From positions 1-63,160 of the forward strand of contig JAIEQK010000118.1 in assembly GCA_019747795.1 (NCBI GenBank): a stretch of 63,160 nucleotides of DNA, in the 5' to 3' direction. A program made the translations under genes and the position numbers. The notes beneath the pieces were generated by a model that saw only the letters and a program-made list of their open reading frames with translations, was not told the DNA's origin and searched no databases. Below are positions 38,601-48,062 of the stretch, piece by piece. Position 1 is the stretch's first letter, and each line of letters opens with the position of its first letter. Origin of the DNA: Gammaproteobacteria bacterium (GTDB lineage: Bacteria; Pseudomonadota; Gammaproteobacteria; Ga0077536).

Positions 38601-40233
38601 AACAATCTACGGCGGCATCTTCACTCAGAACTGGAACAGCAACCGCGGCGCGATCACCTGGTTCACCCCCGGCCAGGCGCTGACCGGCACGATCTCGAAG
38701 ACCAACAGCCTGGTCGGCACCTTCGCGGATGACCAGGTTGGCGGAGAGGGCGCCGGCTTCTTCGGCAGTCTGCGCAGGTTCAACCAAGGCACCACGGCGG
38801 AGTTCTGGGCGCTCTTCACCCCGACCTGGAACTCGGGTCGAGGGGCGGTCACCTGGCTCAAGCCGGGCGAGCGACTGGTGGGCGAGATCACCGCGAACAA
38901 CAGCCTGGTGGGCGCGAACCCGGATGACTTCGTCGGCGGCGATTTCAGCGACGGCTTCTCGCCGGGCCTGTTCCAGCTGACCACCGGCAACTTCATGCTG
39001 TGGTCGCGGGAATTCGGCAACGAGGCCGGCGCGGTGACCTTCATCGACATGACGCTGCCGCTGCCCACCGGCGTGGTGGCGGCCGGCAACAGCTTCGTCG
39101 GCAACGCGGGTGACCGACTCGGCTCGGGCGGCATCGAGATCCTGAGCGGCGACCGCATCCTGCTGCAGAGCCCGAACGCGACCGTGGACGGCTTCGCCGA
39201 GGCCGGCCGCCTCGACATCTTTGATGGCTCCCTCGAACAGAGCTTCGACGGCTTCGACACGGGCGCGATCCTGACCGACGAACTCGCCATTTCGATTCCC
39301 TCGGTGGTGAAGTTCCTGAACGCGGGCGGCAAGCTCGCGCTGCAGGCCAGCAACGACGTGTTCATACCCGAGGGCACGGGCTTCGGCGACGTGAAGGGGG
39401 GCTCGCTCACCCTGCAGGCCGGTCGCAACATCGAGATCAAGGGCATCATCAAAACCGACGGCTTCCTGCGCCTGCACGCGAACGCGGCGGTCGGCGACCC
39501 GGCGCTGCGTGAAGAGGGCGAGGGCTTCGTCAACCTGCTGGCCGGCGATGGTCTGCCGGCCTACGTGGTGGCGCGGGAGCTCGAGGTCGAGGCCGAGAAC
39601 GTGGTCGTGCAGGGCGGCACTGGCAACGGCGCCTTCGCTGGCCTCATCGGCATCGAGCGCCTGGACATCTTCGCCCACGGCAGCGGCGCGGTGCACCTGA
39701 AAGCTGGCACCGGCACACCGCTCGACCCGACCCTGTCACTCGACCTGATCAGCCGCCTATTGTCGGGCGGCGCGAACGTGGTATCGGGTGACAACAGCGA
39801 CGCGGTATTCGCGCCGATCGCGGTGATCGCGAGCCTGGAGTCGGTCAATATCGTCGCCCAGGAGTCCATCGAACTGGTGGGCGGCGGCAGCACCGGCGCC
39901 TTCGCCTCCATCGCGTCCTTCGGCGAACTCAAGCTCGATACGCCGAGCCTCGTCATGCGGGTAGGCTCGGCGGACAACACCGACGCGGTGATCCTCGGTC
40001 TCGGTGGCGTGGCCGACGTGCTGGTCGGCGCCTGCGAAGGCTGCACAGACCTGCTGGCCGACCCGATCTTCGACGTCACGTCCCAGACCGGTATCTTCCG
40101 CAGTGGCCTGTTCGCCAACCCGACCACGGACCAGATCCTGGCCATGCTCGGAGGCAACGATCAGAAGGACGCCAATGCCTCGGAGGACGAGGATGATGAC
40201 GAGGAAGGCGAGGCCGCGGTCGACTGCGACTGA
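32614..40233 (+). CDS. TpsA filamentous-haemagglutinin-family exoprotein with NSLVG (DUF5650-like) repeat array
   Basis: Signal peptide (ASA|NP), TPS domain INWQSFDIG, LNRV and FLINPAGI, GG-x-V beta-helix repeats, GG.VEVSG and LLMDPKN; acidic C-terminal tail. Confidence 0.9.
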   Translation: MHGSLKITRRRGGQVLSFVTGLIASVGASANPVGPTVVNGSVAFANPNPRTLEITNSPSAIINWQSFDIGARETTRFIQQNAASTVLNRVTTGNSSEILGNLVSNGRVFLINPAGILIGREGSVDTAGVLLSTLQIDDQDFLQGKLAFNAEPGSAGIVNQGYIKTAPGGEVVLIAPRIENGANGVIESPNGDLVLAAGSSITIASLDDPDITFDVRAPDNEVINLGQLLAKGGTASILAGTIRHSGEINADSLGRDANGRIVLKASKRVELAAGSSVHANGNRDTDGGSIEVDARNAQGDAQVDALGQVRANGASGGRVTLRGDSVLVDGDIAAAGATTGGAIVVKSNDATIATVNADLNASGGEGAGGRVLVDGGDSVFSSATMRANGQRGGTVRVLGDDVALAAANISVAGENGGGKVRIGGGFQGGEGLPGSNKTTINDTTRINADATVKGNGGDVVVWSDGKTAFSGTIRARGGAEGGDGGQVEVSGKKGLGYDGTVLLSAAKGEDGTLLMDPKNIRFTSATLKGLPVRLLDPHPGSGNRFAERLQFFRADGSRTNQGSESSTIVVYDELDDFGGADAGAVYVFRSSDGALVSQLHGVAAGDLVGESTLDTNDIPGVAILDSDAWGGGRGALTVFNPVTGLSGAVTAANSLVGASVGDDVGDASIDDLGSGLFVVRNPDFNGGAGSVTFATTTTLRGVVSSSNSLVGASAGEFVGNSTLRNLGGGNYAVVSPNFNSNAGAITFTNGRDARATGVIGSSNSLVGANPGDGLGSSVVNMGGGRFYSRSDNGGLGSVTFFGAGTSFTGTVDQTNSLVGSISGDDVGDSINQLGSSGIWAVQSRNWQGGVGAVTWVNAATGITGTVDSTNSLLGTAVGDLDVSFFSSFRNTTGNKFLLFSDNGGKGSVTFVDPANFGAMPRGVIDSTNSLVGAAVGDKIGFDANNAPNNFQFVPGHYAILSPQFNGGAGAITFGDFTTGVSGVVSASNSLVGAGAGAGVGATGITNAGFGLGFVRSSNNTAGAVTFINFSAVPVGVVDASNSLVGNAPGDQVGNGGINFVGGSVYAVSSPNWATLGGLTNAGAVTLVDMSTGHLMGTSSAAVGAVDASNSLVGTAAGDQVGSDGVDYMYTGASADFYGVRSSHWSDGGALTDAGAITWFTLNNPLNGAVSASNSLVGSSSGDVIGEGNVSTGGIGFSSTGVYQPFNLFQNGGQALFFSETVNSNGGAVILLDGTTPTTGPIGIASALFGGTANDQIGSGGIFVTQTHLVVMSPNFDDFSNADAGAVTIASLGGGLAGFVSSSNSLVGDTTGDRIGSGGISRPNTENQFIVFSPDWHGTTGAITYIDLDVGHLANDTDFVGAVGTSNSLVGSAPGDFVGDNGLELNMTGDKVLISSPDWNGTRGAVTYLDLNTGLFGGTGGTLAGVIDETNSLVGRTAGDAVGSAGSDMWFGNSDTFYVVFSPLADNTTASVVDAGAVTIADINSGVKGFVDDNTVSLVGTNANDRIGLGGDYQFLTGDQLLLENTQWNSNRGALTFIDLANQSNFVGDVNASNSLVGSTAGDNVGSSGITFLDNNLYAVRSPNWNNGGSIADAGAITWGNRSTGVVGVLDSSNSLFGSHVGDFVGSSPPVDRTGSIYTITTTNWDGGKSALTIFDINQGLPTGEVDTTNSLLGSTIGDNIGSGGLSFFNVNGQMSVVVRSPSWDNGAAANAGAITVSTPGTVPVGLVGAGNSLVGSTSNDVIGNGGIFTVGSGTATRLVVMSQNWDNGAAVDAGAITTFRLTNPTRGAVSSANSLVGSTSGDRVGFTFRNLSSGLMAFNAPNWNANRGAITFWNQTSNLTGTVGAGNSLLGAFAGDALNVNNFSTFSEFGNGNQILFSNFGGAGSWTFIKGTTPPTGVISAANSLVGSRAGDLIGSQLRFVSGTQYGIFSPGWDNGPAVDAGAITMFNSATGNIAGTTDSLVGNISQANSLVGQFANDRVGDTSRGNPFSMFTVGETIYGGIFTQNWNSNRGAITWFTPGQALTGTISKTNSLVGTFADDQVGGEGAGFFGSLRRFNQGTTAEFWALFTPTWNSGRGAVTWLKPGERLVGEITANNSLVGANPDDFVGGDFSDGFSPGLFQLTTGNFMLWSREFGNEAGAVTFIDMTLPLPTGVVAAGNSFVGNAGDRLGSGGIEILSGDRILLQSPNATVDGFAEAGRLDIFDGSLEQSFDGFDTGAILTDELAISIPSVVKFLNAGGKLALQASNDVFIPEGTGFGDVKGGSLTLQAGRNIEIKGIIKTDGFLRLHANAAVGDPALREEGEGFVNLLAGDGLPAYVVARELEVEAENVVVQGGTGNGAFAGLIGIERLDIFAHGSGAVHLKAGTGTPLDPTLSLDLISRLLSGGANVVSGDNSDAVFAPIAVIASLESVNIVAQESIELVGGGSTGAFASIASFGELKLDTPSLVMRVGSADNTDAVILGLGGVADVLVGACEGCTDLLADPIFDVTSQTGIFRSGLFANPTTDQILAMLGGNDQKDANASEDEDDDEEGEAAVDCD
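34500..39220 (+). repeat. Intragenic protein repeat, ~26 units of ~50-75 aa
   Basis: Counted by eye: 24 NS[L/F][V/L/F]G plus 2 degenerate units (ASALFG, TVSLVG). Consensus GA(V/I)T...G.V...NSLVG...GD.VG..G....SP.W. DNA core AACAGCCTGGT(C/G)GG recurs. Boundaries approximate. Confidence 0.85.
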
Positions 40234-40289
40234 TTGAGACGACGGCCGTGTTGCGCGGGCCTGCTTTCAGGACCGCGTCGCGGCCCCGG

Positions 40290-41825
<1,536 letters not shown>

Positions 41826-41872
41826 GCGGGTCTCCCTGCGGCTGTTGCAGGGCAGCATACGTCAAGCCGCGC

Positions 41873-42778
41873 TCAGTCGGGGACGCTTCTCGCGATGCGC
41901 ATGCGCCGCTGCTCGACGATCGCCGTCGCACTCAGCACCAGCAGGCCGGCCAGGATCAGTCCGACGCCGGCCACGTCGTGGCCGGCGAGCGGCTCGCCGA
42001 GATGCAGCGAACTGGTACTGACCGCGACCACCGGGGCCATCAGGGTCATCATGCTGGCGAAGCCGGCCGGCAGCGCGCGCAGCAGCCACGCCCACAAGTA
42101 CCAGCCGAGCGCGGTGGAGAGGAGCGTGGTGACGCCGAGCGCGAGCAGGAATCTATCGGTCAGCACCGGCACGGACTCCCCGGACCACCAGGCGAGCAGC
42201 AGGAGCGGCGGCGCGCCAAAGCTCATCTGCCAGGCGGTGAGCGCGAGAGGATCCATCGGCGCGCGCTGCTGCATACGCTTGGTCATGATCGAGCTGAGTG
42301 CCCAGAAGAAGGCCGCGCAGAGGATGAGCAGCTGCGACAGGCTCGGGCCCTGACCCTGCCAGGGCCGCACCACCACCGCGAGCCCGGCGGCCGCGCACGC
42401 GATGGCGAGCCACTCGGGCCCTCGCACCTTCTCGCCCAGGGTCGGACGTGCCAGCAGCAAGGTCATGAAGGGCATGGTGTACATGAGAATCGAGGTGCGA
42501 TTGGCCGCGCCGCTCACCAGGGCCCACTGCGAGCAGCCGACCGAGCAGGTGGTGTTGACCAGGCCCAGCACCGCGAGCTCGCGCAGCCGTCCGGGCCAGA
42601 AGCTGCGACCGGACAGGCGCAGCGCCGCGAGCAGGCAGAGCGCGCCGCCGCAGGTGCGCAACCCGGCGAAGGTGAACGGCCCCGCGTCCAGCATGGCGAG
42701 CTTCTGGAATACCCAGGAATAGCCCCACAGGAAGGACAGCAGGACGAGCAGCAGCAAGGGCAGGCGAGTGGCTGACAT
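41873..42778 (-). CDS. EamA/DMT-family transporter
   Basis: About 10 hydrophobic segments; LWGYSW, PFTFAGLR, LGEKV and duplicated halves. Confidence 0.85.
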   Translation of the reverse strand: MSATRLPLLLLVLLSFLWGYSWVFQKLAMLDAGPFTFAGLRTCGGALCLLAALRLSGRSFWPGRLRELAVLGLVNTTCSVGCSQWALVSGAANRTSILMYTMPFMTLLLARPTLGEKVRGPEWLAIACAAAGLAVVVRPWQGQGPSLSQLLILCAAFFWALSSIMTKRMQQRAPMDPLALTAWQMSFGAPPLLLLAWWSGESVPVLTDRFLLALGVTTLLSTALGWYLWAWLLRALPAGFASMMTLMAPVVAVSTSSLHLGEPLAGHDVAGVGLILAGLLVLSATAIVEQRRMRIARSVPD

Positions 42779-42834
42779 GCTGGCGTGGCGCAAGCGCGCG
42801 CCGCGGCGATGGGCCGCGCGACGCGCGACGTGTG

Positions 42835-43638
42835 TCAGTCGCCCTTGAACACCGGCACGTGGCCGGCCGCGTAGGCGTCGGCCGCGCTGCGCTGATCGGC
42901 TGTCGTGTGCGTCAGCAGGTTCTGATCGGCATCCATGTGCATCAGCGCGCGGTCGAGCGCGCCCATGACCTGGTTGGCGCTGCGCTTGATCATCTGCGCC
43001 GCGACGGGCGACTTGTTCACGTAGGTTTCGGCGAAGGCGAAGGCGCGCGCCATGAGTTCGTCGCGCGGCGCCACTTCCTCCAGCAGGCCCCAGGTGAGCA
43101 GGGTGGGGGCGTCGACGCGCTCACCACCGATCACCATGCGTTTGGCCCGCGCAGGACCGACCAGGTGGATGGTCAGCGGCAGGCTCTGCCACATGAGGTT
43201 CATGCCAAGGTCGATCTCCGGATAGTAGGCGTAGCAGTCATCGGCGCCGATGCGGAAGTCCGCCGCCGTCGCCAGGCAGGCGCCGCCGCCGATCGCGCCA
43301 CCGTTCCAGGCCGCGATGGTGATCTGGTCGATGCCGAGCACCGCGTGCAGCGCGCGCTCGCCGAGGCGGAAGCGCCGGCGCCGCAGCAGCATGGGCTGGG
43401 CGAGCTCGGCGGGAAAGTCCTTGAGATCGGCGCCCGAACAGAAGTGCCGCCCGGCGCCGGTGAAGATCACCACGCGCGTCTCGATGTCCTCGCGGAACCC
43501 CAATGCGCAGTGTTCTATCTCCTCGAGCAACTCGTGGTTGACCGCGTTGCAGCGATGCGGGCGATTGAAGCGCACCACGGTGATGTGGCCGTGGCGCTCG
43601 AGTGCAAGGTGCCGATAGTCGACGCGCGGTGTGTCCAT
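42835..43638 (-). CDS. Enoyl-CoA hydratase/isomerase family protein
   Basis: FNRPHRCNA, FCSGADL, GGAIGGG, DFRIG and PEIDLG. Confidence 0.88.
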   Translation of the reverse strand: MDTPRVDYRHLALERHGHITVVRFNRPHRCNAVNHELLEEIEHCALGFREDIETRVVIFTGAGRHFCSGADLKDFPAELAQPMLLRRRRFRLGERALHAVLGIDQITIAAWNGGAIGGGACLATAADFRIGADDCYAYYPEIDLGMNLMWQSLPLTIHLVGPARAKRMVIGGERVDAPTLLTWGLLEEVAPRDELMARAFAFAETYVNKSPVAAQMIKRSANQVMGALDRALMHMDADQNLLTHTTADQRSAADAYAAGHVPVFKGD

Positions 43639-43647
43639 GGGCAGGAC

Positions 43648-44535
43648 TCAGAACACCGTGGCGGCGATGTCGTCGAGTTCGGCCAGCACTTCGTCCTGGC
43701 TGTCGCCGTTCAGCCACAGCACGAGGCCGTTGGCGCCGGTCTTCGCGACCTCCACCAGATCCGCGGCCTTGCGGAAGAAGCCGGTCGGCGCGAACACCGT
43801 GACGTCGATGCTCGCCGGATCGCGGCCCGCGGCGCGGGCGAGCCGCGTGAGCTCGGCGCGCCCGTCGGCGATCTCCTTCAGATCCACCGAGAAGGGCAGC
43901 CAGCCATCCCCCCATTCGACGGTGCGCTTGAACACCAGCGGCGAGCCGATGGAACCGAGCAGCACCAGCGGGTTCGGGCGCCGAGCAGGACGCGGCAGGC
44001 AGATGACCGGCGGAAAGTCGTAGTACTTGCCGTGGTGTTCGACGTACTCGCCGCTCCACAGCTTCTTCATCACCGCGATCGCTTCCTTGGTCTGGCTCCA
44101 GCGATGTTCGAAGTCACCACCCATCACCCGGCACTCGGGTTCGTTCCAGCCCGCGCCGATGCCGAGCATCATGCGCCCGCCGGAGTAGTGATCGATGCTC
44201 GCCACTTCCTTGGCCGTGAGCAAGGGATTGCGCTCTGGGATCAATGACACGCCCGTGCCGAGTCCGATGCTGCGCGTGGTCGCCGAGGCGCGCGCCAGCG
44301 CGATCAGGGGATCGGGCATCTTGAACAAGTACTCGGGCGGTGACTCGCCAGGCTGCTTGCCTGGGTAGACGTCCGCCGAGCCCTGCGGAATCACCGTGTG
44401 CTCGGGCACCCAGTAGGAGGAGAATCCGAGATCCTCGGCGCGCTTCGCCACCACCGCCGGATCGGCGCAGTCGAGCCCCGCCATCACCTGGAACACGCCG
44501 ACGTTCAACCCTTGTTTCGTCTGCCTGGCCATCAT
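43648..44535 (-). CDS. LLM-class probable F420-dependent oxidoreductase (Rv2161c-like; paralog of 23574-24434)
   Basis: GVFQ, ADPAVVA, SYWVPEH, MPDP, GIGAGWNEPE and GDGWLP; start at 44535 or 44532. Confidence 0.85.
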   Translation of the reverse strand: MMARQTKQGLNVGVFQVMAGLDCADPAVVAKRAEDLGFSSYWVPEHTVIPQGSADVYPGKQPGESPPEYLFKMPDPLIALARASATTRSIGLGTGVSLIPERNPLLTAKEVASIDHYSGGRMMLGIGAGWNEPECRVMGGDFEHRWSQTKEAIAVMKKLWSGEYVEHHGKYYDFPPVICLPRPARRPNPLVLLGSIGSPLVFKRTVEWGDGWLPFSVDLKEIADGRAELTRLARAAGRDPASIDVTVFAPTGFFRKAADLVEVAKTGANGLVLWLNGDSQDEVLAELDDIAATVF

Positions 44536-44696
44536 CGTTCTCCCCGTTGCCTGCCGCAGGGCCGGTAGTCTGCGCAGCGCCCGCGTCTCAAGGCAAGCGC
44601 GACCGCACGGCGAGCGCCGAACGCGCGTCCTTGACACCTTTGCGGGGCGGCGGTTAGCGTCCGCCGCAAGATCGCAATCCAAAAGGGAGAACAGGC

Positions 44697-45791
44697 GTGC
44701 AACTCGGCTACTTCATGATGCCTCTGCATCACATCGACAGTGATTACCACCAGACGCTGCAGGAGGACATGGAGGCGATCATCCTGGCCGATGAACTGGG
44801 CTACAGCGAGGCCTGGGTCGGCGAACACTATTCGTCCGCGGTCGAGCAGATCACCTCGCCCTTGATGTTCCACGCCAATCTCATCGCGCGCACCAAGCAG
44901 ATCAAGCTCGCCACCGGCGTGATGTGCCTGCCGCAGTATCACCCGGCGGTGACCGCCGGCCAGGCGGCGATGTTCGATCACCTGAGCAACGGGCGCTTCA
45001 TCATGGGTGTCGGTCCGGGTGGGCTCTTGTCGGACTTCGAACTGTTCGGCGTGCTCGACAAGGATCGCATGGCGATGATGCAGGAGGCGCTCGACATGAT
45101 GCTTGCGCTGTGGACCACCGAGCCGCCCTACAAGCTCTCCGGGCAGTTCTGGAACATCGACATGAAGCAGTGGACGCACCATGACATCAAGCTCGGCTAC
45201 GTGCCGAAGCCGCTGCAGCAGCCGCATCCGCCGGTGGCAATCTCGGCGATGAGCCCCAATTCGAGTTCGCTCGTGTTTGCCGGGCAGCGCGGCTACATCC
45301 CGGTGTCGGCAAACTTCGTCGCGCCCTGGTCGGTGGCCACCCATTGGCCGACCTACAGCAAGGCCGCGCTCGACGCGGGACGCACGCCGGATGCGGCCAA
45401 CTGGCGCGTCGCGCGCAGCGTCTACGTCGCCGACACCGACGCCGAGGCCGAGGCCTTCGTGAAGCAGCCCGGTGGTCCCTACGACTATTACTACGAGTAT
45501 CTCTTCCACATCTTCGATCGTTCCCATTACCGCATCGCGGTGGTGGTGAACAAGGGCGATGACCCCAAGCAGCTGACCCACCAGATGGTGCGCGACGCCT
45601 GCACCATCCACGGCAGCCCGGAGACCGTGGCACGCAAGATCCTCGCGCTGCGCGATCAGATCGGCGACTTCGGCACGCTGCTCTACGCGGCCCACGACTG
45701 GACCGACAAGGCGCTGATGCAGAAGTCCATGCGCCTCATGGCCGAGGACGTCATGCCGCGCATCAACCGCGCGCTGGCCAAGGCCGCTTGA
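44697..45791 (+). CDS. LLM-class flavin-dependent oxidoreductase (LuxA/limonene monooxygenase-like)
   Basis: LGYFMMPLH, EAWVGEH, LATGV..LP.YHP and GVGPGGL.SD; GTG start with GGGAG RBS. Confidence 0.87.
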   Translation: MQLGYFMMPLHHIDSDYHQTLQEDMEAIILADELGYSEAWVGEHYSSAVEQITSPLMFHANLIARTKQIKLATGVMCLPQYHPAVTAGQAAMFDHLSNGRFIMGVGPGGLLSDFELFGVLDKDRMAMMQEALDMMLALWTTEPPYKLSGQFWNIDMKQWTHHDIKLGYVPKPLQQPHPPVAISAMSPNSSSLVFAGQRGYIPVSANFVAPWSVATHWPTYSKAALDAGRTPDAANWRVARSVYVADTDAEAEAFVKQPGGPYDYYYEYLFHIFDRSHYRIAVVVNKGDDPKQLTHQMVRDACTIHGSPETVARKILALRDQIGDFGTLLYAAHDWTDKALMQKSMRLMAEDVMPRINRALAKAA

Positions 45792-45813
45792 GCCTCCCTG
45801 GGAGCGAACGTTC

Positions 45814-46827
45814 ATGAGCGACAAGAAACTCCGCTTCGGGCTGTGGTACGACTTCCGCAACCCGCCCCAGTGGCAGCGCGACCTCACCACGCTCTACCAC
45901 GACTGCTTCGATCAGATCGTGCGAGCGGAAGCGGCCGGCTTCGACGACATCTGGCTGTCGGAACACCACTTCCTCGACGACTGCTACTCGCCGTCGATGC
46001 TGCCCATCGGCTGCGCCATCGCCGCCCGTACCAAGCGCGTGCACATCGGCACCAGCGTGCTGTTGCTGCCGCTGCACGATCCGGTGCGCGTGGCGGAAGA
46101 TGCGGCAACCCTGGACGTGATCTCCGGCGGTCGGCTCGAGCTCGGCCTCGGCGTCGGCTACAAGGTGGAGGAACTCAAGGCCTGGGGCGTCGATCCCAAG
46201 ACCCGCGGTCCGCGCATGGACGAGGGTATCGAGATCATCCAGCGCCTGTTCGCCGGCGAGCGCTTCAGCTATCACGGCAAGTACCATCACTACGAGGACA
46301 TCCAGCTGCGGCCGATGCCGGTGCAGAAGCCGCCCAAGCTGTGGGTCGCGGGCTTCAGCAACGTCGCGGTTAAGCGCGCGGCGCGGGTCGGCGCGGGCTA
46401 TATCGCGGTCGGGCCGGTGGGACCCTTCACCAAGGTCTACCGCGACGAACTGCGCGCCTGCGGTCGCAATCCCGACGACTACGAGGTCGCCGCGGGTTAC
46501 GCCTGGCTGATAGTCACGCGCGATCCTGAGAAGCGCTGGGCGGAGGCGGTGAAGCATCTCGCCTACCAGTACAACTGCTACGGCGAGTGGTTCGCGAACG
46601 CCGGCATGGGCTTCATCAAGCGCGTGGAACCCACGCGCGCGTCGGTGGAGACCAACGACTGCTACATCGTCACCCCCGAGAAGGCGGTGGAGATGATTCG
46701 CGACTACGTCGCGCAGACCGGCACCAACCGCTTCTACACCTGGGCGGTGCCGCCGGGCATGGATCCGCGCTGGAGTGACGAGCACATCGAACTGATGGGC
46801 CGCGAAGTCATTCCGGCCTTTCGCTGA
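45814..46827 (+). CDS. LLM-class oxidoreductase
   Basis: YDFRNP, WLSEHHF, PLHDPVRVAEDAATLD.ISGGR and GVGY. Confidence 0.87.
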   Translation: MSDKKLRFGLWYDFRNPPQWQRDLTTLYHDCFDQIVRAEAAGFDDIWLSEHHFLDDCYSPSMLPIGCAIAARTKRVHIGTSVLLLPLHDPVRVAEDAATLDVISGGRLELGLGVGYKVEELKAWGVDPKTRGPRMDEGIEIIQRLFAGERFSYHGKYHHYEDIQLRPMPVQKPPKLWVAGFSNVAVKRAARVGAGYIAVGPVGPFTKVYRDELRACGRNPDDYEVAAGYAWLIVTRDPEKRWAEAVKHLAYQYNCYGEWFANAGMGFIKRVEPTRASVETNDCYIVTPEKAVEMIRDYVAQTGTNRFYTWAVPPGMDPRWSDEHIELMGREVIPAFR

Positions 46828-46838
46828 GGGTCGGCGAG

Positions 46839-47732
46839 ATGAGCTATCCGCTCGGCCTTCTGCAGTGGACCGAGGGCAGCACGGGCGCTGAACTGCGCGA
46901 CGCCGTGCGACGCCTGGAGGCGCTCGGCTACCACGAACTGTGGCTGCCGGAGATCGCAGGTCGCGAGCCCTTCGCGACCTGTGGCTGGCTGCTGGCGCAG
47001 ACCACGCGTCTCAAGGTCTCCACCGGCATCGCGAACGTCTACGCGCACGACGCGGACTCGGCCGCCCAGGCGGCCAATACCCTGGCCGAGTTCTCCGACG
47101 GGCGTTTCAGTCTCGGGCTCGGCGTCTCGCATCCGGTGCTGGTCGAACCGCGCGGCCACACCTGGGTGAAGCCGGTGCCGAAGATGCGCGCCTACCTCGA
47201 GCGCCTGCGCGTCGCGCCCATCGAGGCGCCGCGGGCGACCAGGCCCGCGCCGGTGATCGTCGCCGGCCACGGTCCGGGGCTGCTCAAGGTGGCCGCCGCG
47301 CAGGCGGACGGCGCGTTCCTGTTCCTGCAGCCGACGGCCGCGGTGCGCGAGGCGCGCGCCGCGCTCGGTCCAAACAAGGAACTGCACGTCGTGGTGCGCT
47401 GCGCGCTGGCGGCGGATCCGGTCGAGGCGCGCGCGCTGGCGCGTCGCGCCTGCGCCTTCTACGTCAGCTTGCCGCCCTACCACGAGGCCTGGGCACGTCA
47501 CGGTTTCGACGCGAGCGACTGGCAACAGGGCGCGAGTGACCGCCTCATCGACGCGCTGTGCGCCTGGGGCGATGCCGCGACCATCCAGCGCCGTCTCGAC
47601 GAATTCCACGCCGCGGGCGCAAGCCACGTGGTGCTCTACCCCTGCAATGCCGACGAGGCCTACAGCCCCGACAGCGCGCTGTCGCGTGGCTGGGACTGGC
47701 CCTTGCTCGAGGCCCTCGCGCCGCGGCGCTGA
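46839..47732 (+). CDS. LLM-class probable F420-dependent oxidoreductase (MSMEG_4141-like)
   Basis: LEALGY..LW.PE..GRE, TGIANVY, GRFSLGLGVSH, P..KMRAYL, SDRLIDAL and AGASHV. Confidence 0.83.
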   Translation: MSYPLGLLQWTEGSTGAELRDAVRRLEALGYHELWLPEIAGREPFATCGWLLAQTTRLKVSTGIANVYAHDADSAAQAANTLAEFSDGRFSLGLGVSHPVLVEPRGHTWVKPVPKMRAYLERLRVAPIEAPRATRPAPVIVAGHGPGLLKVAAAQADGAFLFLQPTAAVREARAALGPNKELHVVVRCALAADPVEARALARRACAFYVSLPPYHEAWARHGFDASDWQQGASDRLIDALCAWGDAATIQRRLDEFHAAGASHVVLYPCNADEAYSPDSALSRGWDWPLLEALAPRR

Positions 47733-48062
47733 CGCCGCTTTCCACCTGCACGCCGCGGCATATCGCCGCAGCGTGAATTTCGCACAGTTTCCACGTGCCG
47801 TGGGGCACAGCCACGTTCCCGGGCCAGGGCATAGCTTGGCCTGGCTGCCAGTCGCGCCCGCGATGACGGAGTGACGGCCAGGGAGAGCGCAGAGGGATCT
47901 GCCGGCAGGGACTGCGGTCATGACGTCGCGTGGGGTAGGGAGGGTCGCGCCGCGCCATGACTCCTGGTTGACCGAAAGCTTCCAGCGGGCGCGTACGGGC
48001 GCAGGGATCGGACTCGGCTTGCCAGGCACGAGCCCGGCACACACTCACAAGGCGCTCACACC

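Noticed and set aside
34500-39220. DNA-level repeat array or diversity-generating retroelement
   Set aside because: The repeats are in-frame and conserved at protein level with synonymous variation. There is no reverse transcriptase or TR/VR pair.
32614-40233. Contact-dependent inhibition (CdiA) toxin
   Set aside because: No VENN/pre-toxin motif, no toxin-like C-terminal domain and no downstream immunity ORF; the next gene is a convergent POT transporter.
29600-40260. TPS locus as a mobile island
   Set aside because: No integrase, transposase, tRNA or flanking direct repeats seen, and codon style looks host-like. Horizontal origin cannot be excluded without comparative data.
43648-47732. 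Bioluminescence (lux) operon
   Set aside because: Only luciferase-like folds; no luxCDE.
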